The notes under the pieces: model-generated
The model's database searches: none
What the model saw: only the letters and a program-made list of their open reading frames with translations
What the model was told of the DNA's origin: nothing
Part shown: one piece after another, positions 9,080-18,384 of the stretch
How positions within the stretch are numbered: position 1 is the first letter of the stretch
How the letters are laid out: the number at the start of each line of letters is the position of its first letter
Position numbers and translations under genes: made by a program
Assembly: GCA_022340845.1 (NCBI GenBank)
Contig: JAJDNG010000066.1
Coordinates: 1-45,057, forward strand
DNA length: 45,057 nucleotides
Direction of reading: 5' to 3'
From: Gammaproteobacteria bacterium
GTDB taxonomy: Bacteria; Pseudomonadota; Gammaproteobacteria; SZUA-152

Positions 9080-9094
9080 TTATAAACCTTATAA
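9080..9094. promoter_or_regulatory. Palindrome TTATAA-N3-TTATAA, PerR/Irr-type operator candidate (autoregulation)
   Basis: ttataaaccttataa lies ~15 bp upstream of the Fur-family start, beside its RBS (AGGGG on - strand). Confidence 0.55.
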
Positions 9095-9154
9095 AAAATG
9101 TATCGCCCAAATTAACTTATAGTAAACCCAATCATAATAACTTTAGTATTTTTA

Positions 9155-10228
9155 TCAACTATATGGTTTCGGGTCCAGTATTGGTTGCTCATTCAGCATT
9201 AAGTTTACCAATAGTTTAGCCGATGCCGGCGCGGTTACCACACCATTGCGAAAATGTCCGGCGTTTATAAATAATCCCTTAATATCAGTATGCTGCATAA
9301 TGCGGGGGATGTTGTCCGGAGTACCGGGCCGCAGTCCCGCCCATTGGCGCTCCACTTTAAAGTCTTGCAATATGGGCATGAGATCGTAAGCAAATTTCAG
9401 CAATAGATCGTGGGCGTATTGGGTCGTGGTTTTGTCAAATCCCACATCTTCCATGGTGCTGCCCACCAATATTCGGCCGTCGTTGCGGGGGATTACATAG
9501 TGATTATCCCTAAGCACAATGCGTTTAATGAGTCCCGGGCGGCTATTGATCATCAGCATCTGCCCGCGAATGGGTTTCACCGGCAGGGGTTTCTCTGCAG
9601 AAGGCCACAGGCCTGGGCTCCACGCGCCGCAGGTTACTGCCACCTGGGCACTTTTAAACTCAGTTTGTTCTGTTTTGACACCGGTCACCTGGCCGTGTTC
9701 TCTTAGAATGGCTGTGACTTCGGTGTTTTCTTGTATCAAGACACCGTTTTTGAGTAGATACTCCCGCAACGCTTTCACCAGACGGGGATTTCGGACCTGG
9801 TAGATGTCGGGCATCCACAGAGTGTGCTCCGGGTGTTCCTGTAAGGCAGGTTCCAAGCTCGCCACTTGAGCGGCACCGATAACACTGATTGCAGAGTGTG
9901 TGTCGGCCCCCCATTGCAGGGCGGCTTTCTCATCGGGTTCGTCCAGAATCAGCATGCCGCTTTGGAGTAATTCGCTATCCAGGCGGGTCGCGGCATCCAG
10001 TACTTCAGTGAGTTGAGGAAATTCCTGTTGGCTCCATTGCACCAGTTGGGTGACTGCCTGGGGATATCGCCAGGGATACAAGGGCGAGATGATTCCGCCG
10101 CCGGCCCAGGAGGATTCACGCCCCACCAAACCGCGCTCCAACAGGCAAACCCGTTTGCCAGCCTGGTTCAAATAATACGCAGTGAGCAAGCCACTGATTC
10201 CACCGCCGATGACGAGGTGATCTATCAT
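9155..10228 (-). CDS. thiO: Glycine oxidase ThiO / D-amino-acid oxidase family
   Basis: GGGISG FAD motif, 'ESSWAGGGIISPLYPW', 'PIRGQM', 'WAGLRPG', 'GHFRNGVVTAPASA'; start set at ATG 10228, a 4-bp overlap with the pfkB stop. Confidence 0.85.
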   Translation of the reverse strand: MIDHLVIGGGISGLLTAYYLNQAGKRVCLLERGLVGRESSWAGGGIISPLYPWRYPQAVTQLVQWSQQEFPQLTEVLDAATRLDSELLQSGMLILDEPDEKAALQWGADTHSAISVIGAAQVASLEPALQEHPEHTLWMPDIYQVRNPRLVKALREYLLKNGVLIQENTEVTAILREHGQVTGVKTEQTEFKSAQVAVTCGAWSPGLWPSAEKPLPVKPIRGQMLMINSRPGLIKRIVLRDNHYVIPRNDGRILVGSTMEDVGFDKTTTQYAHDLLLKFAYDLMPILQDFKVERQWAGLRPGTPDNIPRIMQHTDIKGLFINAGHFRNGVVTAPASAKLLVNLMLNEQPILDPKPYS

Positions 10229-11124
10229 GGTTCCAGCGCCATATTGTCTGTAATGGTTAGTTGATCGAATCCCGTTTGGCTGCACTTTTTGCCGGCCAAG
10301 GTGTTGGCAAAACGCAGGCTGTCGGGTAAAGATAATTGGTTTAACGCCGCGTGAATCATTGCAGCGTTAAACGTGTCCCCCGCGCCTATTGTATCTACCA
10401 CGTGGGAAATTTGCACGGCAGGCGCGAAATGTAATAACCCTTGTTTATCTATGGCATAAGCGCCTTGTGCTCCCCAAGGGCACACCAACCACGGTGAGGC
10501 GCATTTTGACCGCCAGGCGCGTAAAAAAGCAGCGCCCTCCGGGTATTGCATGGTATTGGCAAAATGGCGGGAAAATAACAGCATATCGCCAAAACGGTAC
10601 AATGCCTCAAGGTGTTCACGGGGTTTTTCAATTTCCAGGGAGATTTTTATCCCGGGATACTGGCGGTGCACAAATTCGAGGATCTTGACGGTGTCGGGCA
10701 CATTTCTACCTTCCAGGTGTAACCAGTCCACGTTGGATAACGGGGGGAGGTTTGCCACAAAATGCTCGAAACTGAATTCCGGCAATTCACGATGGTGCAC
10801 AATGGTGCGCGAGCCATTGTGTTGATTCAGGGTGATGTAAGAGGTCGGTGCATGGCCGCCCGCAATCAAGGCGCAATGGCTCAAGTCGATGCCACGGTGT
10901 TGCAAATCAGCCTTAATCCGCTCACTGTCGGCATCGTCCGCCAAGGTGCCGGCCCATTCACACTGATGGCCCAGTTGGCGTAACACTGTTAACGTATTGG
11001 CGACGTTGCCACCGGGGCGTACCGTCTGGCTCAGGGCGCGGACTTCGGCGTCCTCCCCGGGAAAGCCGTCGGTTGTATTGATTATGTCCAACGTCGCGAT
11101 ACCAATGCCTAGGATGCGGGCCAT
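10225..11124 (-). CDS. PfkB-family carbohydrate kinase, ketohexokinase-like
   Basis: 'GGNVAN', 'NGSRTIVH', 'WLHLEGRN', 'ISLEIEKPR', 'VDTIGAGDTFNA'. Confidence 0.88.
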   Translation of the reverse strand: MARILGIGIATLDIINTTDGFPGEDAEVRALSQTVRPGGNVANTLTVLRQLGHQCEWAGTLADDADSERIKADLQHRGIDLSHCALIAGGHAPTSYITLNQHNGSRTIVHHRELPEFSFEHFVANLPPLSNVDWLHLEGRNVPDTVKILEFVHRQYPGIKISLEIEKPREHLEALYRFGDMLLFSRHFANTMQYPEGAAFLRAWRSKCASPWLVCPWGAQGAYAIDKQGLLHFAPAVQISHVVDTIGAGDTFNAAMIHAALNQLSLPDSLRFANTLAGKKCSQTGFDQLTITDNMALEP

Positions 11125-11132
11125 GCGAATCC

Positions 11133-11435
11133 TCAGGGGGTTTTGGATTTACTTTTCATGGGTGACAAGGGCAGGTACACGCTAAAAATGTCCAAAATTA
11201 CCCAGAACACCACCATGACCAATATATACCAGGCATTTTGGTCCAGATACGCCAAGGCGCCAAACAGCATTAAGTCCCAAACATACAACATGGTATAGGC
11301 CACGAGTACATAGGGATAAGAGCAGGATTTACCGTGACATTCACGGCAATAGATCAAAGCCCATTTGGCGGCTTTATATTTTTGCCACCAACTGATAGTG
11401 GGCTTTTTACAATGAGGGCAAGGTAGCGCAGACAT
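11133..11435 (-). CDS. Small membrane protein with CxxC-x20-CxxC followed by two TM helices (cxxc_20_cxxc-like)
   Basis: CPHC and CREC are exactly 20 residues apart, followed by ~45 hydrophobic residues; ends 8 bp before pfkB. Confidence 0.7.
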   Translation of the reverse strand: MSALPCPHCKKPTISWWQKYKAAKWALIYCRECHGKSCSYPYVLVAYTMLYVWDLMLFGALAYLDQNAWYILVMVVFWVILDIFSVYLPLSPMKSKSKTP

Positions 11436-11784
11436 GTGCAGGCATGGATTCTATTGTATGGGTCTCGTTAGCGGCTCAATCATATCAAAAATAGACAATG
11501 CCCGGTGCTCTAAATACGCCAGGGGGCATTTTAGGGCGGAAGAGAAGTGCAAATAAATACCTTCCTCCTGGCTGAAAAATGTTTGTATTGCCGTTACAAT
11601 GGCTCTGGATGCGGGGGGCGCAGCCCGCTGGAACTACCCGCTAGCACTAAATAATACTCTTGTTGTAATAAAAGCCGCACAAAAAAGCGCTTTGCAATAG
11701 CACAATTAAACAACACGAATAAACGACACCATTTTCATAAAGAAGCTAACCGTAAGGGTGAAGCCCGTAGATATCCCTAAGCAT

Positions 11785-12330
11785 ATGAGTCATCCGATTT
11801 TACGTTTTGTTTTTCTAATGGCGTTGCTCCTGACACAAGCGGCGTGTGACAACAATACCAAGTTGATGCAGAGCGCCATGTCCGGCGACTTGCCTGCTGT
11901 CAAATCCCAAATAGACGCCGGCGCGCCAATCAACGCCCGCAATAACTATGCTTGGACTGCGTTACACCATGCGGCCCGCAAAGGCGAAACCGAAATTGTG
12001 GCGTTGTTGTTAGATCATGGCGCCGAAATCGATGCGCAAGACCAACGAGGCTGGACACCGCTGATGCGCGCTGCTGCCAAAGGCCACCAAGACACGGTTG
12101 CACTTCTGCTCAAGCGCGGCGCTAATCCGGACTTGCGTGACAAAGACGGCTGGACGGCGTTAATGTGGGCGGTGAAGCAGGATTATTTATCGGTGGTGGA
12201 ACAACTGACCGCCGGCGGCGCCGATGTTAACATTAAAGCCGACGATGGCCGCAGCGCACTGTTACTGGCCCATGGTGAGGGCAATGCGCAAATAGGCGAA
12301 GTGTTGCGTAAAGCGGGGGCGAAGTTCTAA
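11785..12330 (+). CDS. Ankyrin-repeat lipoprotein
   Basis: Lipobox QAAC; repeats 'WTALHHAA', 'GWTPLMRAA', 'GWTALMWAV', 'GRSALLLA'; ATG 11785 preferred over GTG 11758. Confidence 0.9.
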   Translation: MSHPILRFVFLMALLLTQAACDNNTKLMQSAMSGDLPAVKSQIDAGAPINARNNYAWTALHHAARKGETEIVALLLDHGAEIDAQDQRGWTPLMRAAAKGHQDTVALLLKRGANPDLRDKDGWTALMWAVKQDYLSVVEQLTAGGADVNIKADDGRSALLLAHGEGNAQIGEVLRKAGAKF

Positions 12331-12334
12331 GGGC

Positions 12335-13000
12335 ATGATCATTTCAGGCGTGGCATTGATTAAACGATTAACCATCATTGCGTGTGTTACGGCGGCGATA
12401 TTTGCCGGTTGCAAAGCCGAGTATATAACCGATAGTCGCAGCGCCCCTTACGTGGTGGATAGCGGTGTCGGTATAGGGAAACGCTGGGAGGATAAATCCG
12501 GCCCGGCCCCGCAACTGAACGCGGAGGGTCTTGCCGAAGACGGGATTCATGATCCCGACAACGAAGCTATGGCCGTGCTGCAAGAGCCGCGCGATGCCAT
12601 GGCGGCATTTCCACTGGATCGCAGCGGTGCAGTGGACTGGGTCAAGGCGCTGGACTTAGGGGTCATTACACCCAGGGCCGATATTGATGGCAACGCCGAC
12701 ATGGTGGTGATGGACATGGATGTAACGTTTAAAGACACCGGTGAGATGCCGTGGGTCACGTTCACCCATACGGCGCACACCGAATGGTTGGGTTGCGATA
12801 CCTGTCATGCGGATATTTTTGTTCCCAAAATTGGCGCCAATGAGGTGTCCATGGACAGTCTTTTTGCCGGAGAATACTGTGGCCGATGCCATGGCGCCGT
12901 GGCGTTTGGACTGGCCGTTTGTGAGCGTTGCCACAATACCCAGCAAAATTCCGCGAAGGAAAAATCATCGGCGGTCGGGCCAGCGCCGTCATCCCGTTAA
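12335..13000 (+). CDS. Triheme c7-type cytochrome c lipoprotein
   Basis: Lipobox FAGC; FTHTAH, then CDTCH, M..GEYCGRCH, CERCH. Confidence 0.9.
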   Translation: MIISGVALIKRLTIIACVTAAIFAGCKAEYITDSRSAPYVVDSGVGIGKRWEDKSGPAPQLNAEGLAEDGIHDPDNEAMAVLQEPRDAMAAFPLDRSGAVDWVKALDLGVITPRADIDGNADMVVMDMDVTFKDTGEMPWVTFTHTAHTEWLGCDTCHADIFVPKIGANEVSMDSLFAGEYCGRCHGAVAFGLAVCERCHNTQQNSAKEKSSAVGPAPSSR

Positions 13001-13027
13001 CAATAATAATGATAGTGAATAAAGTCA

Positions 13028-13777
13028 GTGGCAAAAACGACTCGATTTGCACTTAATACCATCGGCGCCGTAGCAATATCGCTAGGTTTGGGTATGGGGG
13101 TTTTAAACAGTTGCGCAACCGGCGACGCTCAGTCAAGCGCGCCCGCCGGGCAAAACGAGGCCAATGAGGTGAAAGCCGCGGCATCCGGGGATGAGGGTCA
13201 TCCGCTTGATCGCCAGCAAGCCCTGGAATTGCTGGCGAAATCAGACCAATATTTAAATCCCATTGCAGGCGATGCAAATCAAGACTCGGGGCTAAAGCCG
13301 CTAAGCATTCCCCAGGAAGGGGCCAGCGAATCACCGCGCAACGACGGCATTCACGACACCCAAACCAATTCCATTGCGGTGTTGCAGGATCCCTCCAAAG
13401 CGATGGCGGCGTTTCCCCGTGATCGCCGTAATCAAGTGGACTGGGTGGCAGCACTGGACCAGGGCCTGATTCAACCGCGGGCGGACTTGTTGGGCGAGAC
13501 CCAAATGCAAACCATGGACATGGATATTCTCATGAAAAATACCCAATTCATGCCATGGGTGAAGTTTCCCCATTTACAGCACACCAAGTGGCTGGCCTGC
13601 TCCAATTGTCACCCGGACATATTTATCCCCCAACAAGACGCCAATCCCATTAGCATGAATAAAGTGTTGCGTGGCGAATACTGCGGTGTGTGCCACGACA
13701 AAGTGGCGTTTGCACTGTTTATTTGCGAGCGTTGTCACAGCGTGCCGCACGAAGGTTCGGGGGAGAAGTGGTGGTGA
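13028..13777 (+). CDS. Triheme c7-type cytochrome c lipoprotein (paralog of the upstream gene)
   Basis: Lipobox LNSC; FPHLQH, then CSNCH, M..GEYCGVCH, CERCH; shares the DGIHD..AVLQ.P..AMAAFP.DR...VDWV.AL..G.I.PRAD block. Confidence 0.9.
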   Translation: MAKTTRFALNTIGAVAISLGLGMGVLNSCATGDAQSSAPAGQNEANEVKAAASGDEGHPLDRQQALELLAKSDQYLNPIAGDANQDSGLKPLSIPQEGASESPRNDGIHDTQTNSIAVLQDPSKAMAAFPRDRRNQVDWVAALDQGLIQPRADLLGETQMQTMDMDILMKNTQFMPWVKFPHLQHTKWLACSNCHPDIFIPQQDANPISMNKVLRGEYCGVCHDKVAFALFICERCHSVPHEGSGEKWW

Positions 13778-13924
13778 ACAGAAGTTAAACCGTTACGACG
13801 CTAATAACTCCGATCAAACCTGGATTCCAGGCGGAGTATGTGTACCTCGTCTGGCAAAATCATGGGTCACTGTATTCTCTGGGGGCTTATCGCAATGGTA
13901 AACAACTTGGCGTCTTGGAGGCTG

Positions 13925-14683
13925 TCATTGGGGTTTCTTGTCATAAAACTCGCTTAACAATTTCAGCACGTCTGCACTGTCGTTTTCGCTGGCGATGTCA
14001 AAGGCGTTAAAACCGTCATCGTCTTGAAGGGACGCGTTCGCGCCCTTTTCCAATAGCAGCTTGGCCACTTTAGGTTTGTTGAAGGCAGCGGCTGCCATAA
14101 TGGCGGTGCGTTGCTTGATGCCTCTGGCGTTCGGACTCACGCCGTGATCCAGGAGCACTTTGGCCACTTCAATGTGCCCCAGGCCCGCGGCGATCATCAT
14201 CAGTTCTTCCGCGTCATTTTGTGGCAGGCCAGAGGCGTGTTTTAGCAATGCTTTGACGGTATCGGCATGGCCAAAAAACGTGGCATTGCTTAATGCTGAT
14301 CCGCCGCTACTGTCTTTATGAGTGGGGTCGGCGCCATGTTCGGCCAGGAATCGTGCCGTTTCGGTTTTGTTTCCGGTTGCCGCGACGATGAGGGCTGTGG
14401 TGCCAAAATTATCTTGCCGATCAATCTGGGCGCCATAGTCTATGAGTAACTTGACGACCTCAACATGACCATTGGAGGCAGCCAGCATTAATGCGGTTTT
14501 GCCTTTCTCGGTGCTGTAATCCACTTCCGCGCCGCCATTGATGGCACGTTTGACGGCTTCGAGGTTGCCGTCGCGGGAGGCTTTCATGAGTTCAGACAGG
14601 CGCTCACCGCCACAGGCGTTCAAACCCAGCAACGTGGCAAGGAGTATTATGAGGCGCCAATTGATCCTGCTGGGGGATAACAT
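13925..14683 (-). CDS. Ankyrin-repeat lipoprotein
   Basis: Lipobox LNAC; about 7 ankyrin repeats (GKTALMLAA, GTTALIVAA, RTAIMAAA). Confidence 0.9.
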   Translation of the reverse strand: MLSPSRINWRLIILLATLLGLNACGGERLSELMKASRDGNLEAVKRAINGGAEVDYSTEKGKTALMLAASNGHVEVVKLLIDYGAQIDRQDNFGTTALIVAATGNKTETARFLAEHGADPTHKDSSGGSALSNATFFGHADTVKALLKHASGLPQNDAEELMMIAAGLGHIEVAKVLLDHGVSPNARGIKQRTAIMAAAAFNKPKVAKLLLEKGANASLQDDDGFNAFDIASENDSADVLKLLSEFYDKKPQ

Positions 14684-14750
14684 AAAAAGCTGAATGCTTT
14701 TTCGAGTCCGGTTGTATTAGGGGTGCGTGATACCGCCTGGCATGACAGAC

Positions 14751-16007
14751 TTATTTCTTCATGGAGTTGAAAAAATCGTCATTGGTTTTGGTTTCTTTCA
14801 ATTTATCCAGCAGGAACTCTATGGCCGCCACCTCTTCCATGGGGTGAATGATTTTGCGCAGTATCCACATCATTTGCAACTCTTCCGGATCGGTAATGAG
14901 TTCTTCGCGGCGGGTACCGGAGCGATTGATGTTGATGGCGGGATAAATGCGTTTTTCGGAAATTTTGCGGTCCAAATGCACTTCCATGTTACCGGTGCCT
15001 TTGAATTCTTCAAAGATAACATCGTCCATGCGTGAGCCGGTGTCTACCAGGGCGGTGGCGATAATGGTCAGGCTGCCGCCTTCTTCGATGTTGCGGGCCG
15101 CGCCGAAAAAGCGTTTCGGTCGTTGCAAAGCATTGGCATCCACACCACCGGTGAGTACTTTGCCGGAGGAGGGCACCACCGTATTGTAAGTCCGCGCCAG
15201 ACGAGTAATGGAGTCGAGTAAAATGACCACATCTTTTTTGTGTTCCACCAGACGCTTGGCTTTTTCAATGACCATTTCCGCCACTTGCACATGGCGGCTG
15301 GCGGGTTCGTCGAAGGTACTGGAGACCACTTCGCCGCGCACTGAGCGGGCCATTTCGGTCACTTCCTCGGGACGTTCGTCGATGAGTAGGACGATTAAAT
15401 AACATTCGGGATGGTTGGAGGTTATAGACTGCGCAATGTGCTGCAACATCATGGTCTTGCCCGATTTTGGCGGCGAGACAATCAGTCCGCGTTGACCTTT
15501 ACCGATTGGTGAGCACAAATCAATGACTCGCGCGGTCAAATCCTCAGCGCTGCCGTTGCCGCGTTCCATGTGCAGTCGCTCGTTGGCGAATAACGGCGTG
15601 AGGCTTTCGAACGGCAATTTGGTCTTGGCGTGTTCTGGCTGTTCAAAATTAATTTCATTGACCTTCAATAACGCAAAATACCGCTCACCGTCTTTTGGGG
15701 GGCGAATTTTTCCCGCCACAGTATCGCCCGTACGCAAACTGAAACGGCGTATTTGGCTGGGTGATACGTAGATATCGTCGGGGCCGGCCAAATAAGAGCT
15801 GTCGGCGGAGCGTAAAAAGCCGAAACCGTCCTGGAGGATTTCCAATACACCGCCACCATAAATATCTTCCCCGCTTTTTGCGTGGGCTTTTAATAATGCG
15901 AAGATGATATCTTGTTTGCGGGAACGGGAGGCGCCTTCAATGCCGTTTTCACGGGCCAAGTCATTAAGCTCGGTGGCGGTTTTTTGCTTAAGTTCATTAA
16001 GGTTCAT
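14751..16007 (-). CDS. rho: Transcription termination factor Rho
   Basis: [56 protein letters not shown]. Confidence 0.99.
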   Translation of the reverse strand: MNLNELKQKTATELNDLARENGIEGASRSRKQDIIFALLKAHAKSGEDIYGGGVLEILQDGFGFLRSADSSYLAGPDDIYVSPSQIRRFSLRTGDTVAGKIRPPKDGERYFALLKVNEINFEQPEHAKTKLPFESLTPLFANERLHMERGNGSAEDLTARVIDLCSPIGKGQRGLIVSPPKSGKTMMLQHIAQSITSNHPECYLIVLLIDERPEEVTEMARSVRGEVVSSTFDEPASRHVQVAEMVIEKAKRLVEHKKDVVILLDSITRLARTYNTVVPSSGKVLTGGVDANALQRPKRFFGAARNIEEGGSLTIIATALVDTGSRMDDVIFEEFKGTGNMEVHLDRKISEKRIYPAININRSGTRREELITDPEELQMMWILRKIIHPMEEVAAIEFLLDKLKETKTNDDFFNSMKK

Positions 16008-16252
16008 GTTGTTGTTACACTTTCTGGTGGGTTGATAATATTTAAGATTTACTAATAGGGCGGCGCAGATGGGGCGCAGCCTAAAGAGCTGAGTTTTAGT
16101 TGTTAATTATTCAGTGTTCAGGAGGATTGCCGGATATCGGCGAGTACCGATTTTTTTAACTCAAAATACCCGGATACGCTAACACGTTATTGTGATGACG
16201 TAAACCCTGTGCCGGAAATTTTACGCCACCACGATGATTTCGCTTGATGCAG

Positions 16253-16579
16253 CTAAATATTACTATCTAAAAAGGCGGTGAGCTGGGATTTAGAAACTGC
16301 ACCCACTTTCGTAGCTTCCACATTGCCTCCTTTAAATAACATCAACGTGGGAATGCCGCGAATTCCGTATTTGGGTGGCGTCGCCGGATTTTCATCGATA
16401 TTCAGTTTGGCGATTTTAACGCGGTCTGCGTATTCGTCAGCGATTTCATCCAAAATCGGCGCAATCATCTTGCAAGGACCACACCAATCGGCCCAATAGT
16501 CTACAAGCACCGGCCCATCCGAGTTGATGACTTCCGTTTCAAAAGTATCGTCAGTGAGGTGAAAGATCTTATCACTCAC
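16253..16579 (-). CDS. trxA: Thioredoxin 1
   Basis: WCGPC; GTG start at 16579 with GGAGG RBS; trxA-rho synteny. Confidence 0.98.
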   Translation of the reverse strand: MSDKIFHLTDDTFETEVINSDGPVLVDYWADWCGPCKMIAPILDEIADEYADRVKIAKLNIDENPATPPKYGIRGIPTLMLFKGGNVEATKVGAVSKSQLTAFLDSNI

Positions 16580-16990
16580 GTGGTTTACCTCCAATTAGAA
16601 TTGATAATTTTTGACCCTAACACATTTCAGCCCAATCAGGCTGCGATTTCAAGTTATACGATAAGGTTTCGCTACGGTTTTTCTGTCTAAGGCCGAAAAA
16701 AGCGGGCTGTCGGTCAAAAAATAGCCGGATCATTGATGGCCGATTCATTGGCAGCGCGCGGGTTGTACATTTGATTCCAGTTTGGGCCCAGTGTATGCGG
16801 ATTCGCAAAAGTGAGCGGTTTCGCAATAAGTTGTCTTATTTGTTGTTTTATTTATCCGGTCTGCATCACGAAAAATATGGCAGGTCATTGTGTTCAATAT
16901 AAGGGGTTGGTAATAAATTTCAACAAAATTTTGCGTTTTTGTTGAAATTGTTGATCCGGGAGCGGATTGTCGACCCCAACCGGCCATCAG

Positions 16991-18148
16991 TTAATGTGGC
17001 TCATCGGTGAGGACCACGCAATTGCGGCCGGAGTTTTTCGCGTCATACAAAGCGGTATCGGCTTGTTTGATCAGGCTTGTCATTAAGGGTTCAACTTCCG
17101 TGGGGATCGTGTTCTCTCCCATGATTGCGATGCCAATGGATATGGTTACCGACAGGGGAAGTGTGTGGTTGTACTCCGTGACGGTAAATTGGTAGCAGGC
17201 AATGGCCTCGCGAATCCGTTCTGCGATTTCAAACGCGCTTCTGGCGTTGGTGCCGGGTAAAACGGCGGCAAACTCTTCTCCCCCGTATCGGGCCAGCACA
17301 TCGCTGTTGCGTAATTGTTCGCTAATCAATGCAGCGATTTGCCGCAGGATTTGATCTCCGGCCTGGTGGCCATGGAGGTCGTTGATTTGTTTGAAATGGT
17401 CGATGTCCATAATTGCGCAGGCCAGCGGTTCGTGAGTGCGTAATGCGCGGGCGACTTCTTCACCCACTCGCTGATCGAAAAAACGACGGTTATTCACGCC
17501 GGTCAGGCCATCGGTTAATCCAACGCGTTTCAGCCGTTCATGATTGGTGGTGTTTTCAATGCATATCGCTACGATTGTGGATAACCTTTCCAAAAAATCG
17601 GTGGCCGACGCGGGGGTGAAGCGTTGCTCGTTAATGCTGCCCAGATTAAAACTGCCGATCAGCTCACCATAGCGTAGCAGCGGTAATAGCGCCACGCTGC
17701 GCAAACGCGGTATGGATTCGGCAAACAAGGCGCTGTGTTGCGAGGGATTAAATACCCCCAATTGTGGTGATATCGGCCCGCCGTACGATTCACCGCCGAA
17801 CGATTCGCCGCCGTACAATTGACCGTTGTATATGTCACTCATCAGGCGGCGGTCGGTGATAAATATTAAATTGGAAAGTTCGTCAAGACGGGTCCCTTCT
17901 TCTTCGAGTATGCGCTGGATTTCATATTGGGGGTCGTACAACACCAGAGACACTGCATCTAACGCAAACGCAGAGCGGTAATTGTATAGAATATTTTGCA
18001 CCAATGCGGCCAGGGAACGTGTGCCGATCAAACGCAATTCCTGCGCTTGAAAACGTTGCATCTTCAATTCGTTTTCCCGGGCCTGACTAAGCACAGTATC
18101 GAGTTGCTGCTTTAGTTTTTGATGCTCTTCAGTGAGTATTTCGTTCAT
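16991..18148 (-). CDS. Diguanylate cyclase with N-terminal DUF484/GAF-like domain
   Basis: 'TDGLTGVNNRRFF', 'DIDHFKQIND', I-site RNSD, 'ARYGGEEF', 'ADTALYDAKNSGRN'; N-terminal coiled coil and GAF-like 'SVALLPL...RFTPASATDFL'. Confidence 0.92.
   Translation of the reverse strand: MNEILTEEHQKLKQQLDTVLSQARENELKMQRFQAQELRLIGTRSLAALVQNILYNYRSAFALDAVSLVLYDPQYEIQRILEEEGTRLDELSNLIFITDRRLMSDIYNGQLYGGESFGGESYGGPISPQLGVFNPSQHSALFAESIPRLRSVALLPLLRYGELIGSFNLGSINEQRFTPASATDFLERLSTIVAICIENTTNHERLKRVGLTDGLTGVNNRRFFDQRVGEEVARALRTHEPLACAIMDIDHFKQINDLHGHQAGDQILRQIAALISEQLRNSDVLARYGGEEFAAVLPGTNARSAFEIAERIREAIACYQFTVTEYNHTLPLSVTISIGIAIMGENTIPTEVEPLMTSLIKQADTALYDAKNSGRNCVVLTDEPH
17778..17822. repeat. 3 x 15-bp in-frame tandem repeat (QLYGG/ESFGG/ESYGG)
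   Basis: ccgccgtacgattca / ccgccgaacgattcg / ccgccgtacaattga. Confidence 0.8.
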
Positions 18149-18384
18149 TTGCCTGGTTAACTAACTAGGATTTTATCGCTGTGAATCGTGGGAACATAAA
18201 CTATTTACAGGCAATTTGTAGGCCAGTATTGTTCAGAAAATCGTATTCTGGCGGCCGATCAGCACGCGCGCCGGGTTTCAAGCCGGGCGAGTGTAGGACG
18301 GTGGAGGGCTATGCGCGTTGGCGTTGGTGTTGACGTTGACGGGTACTATCAGTAACAAGACATGCATCAAGACATCAGGCTGGG

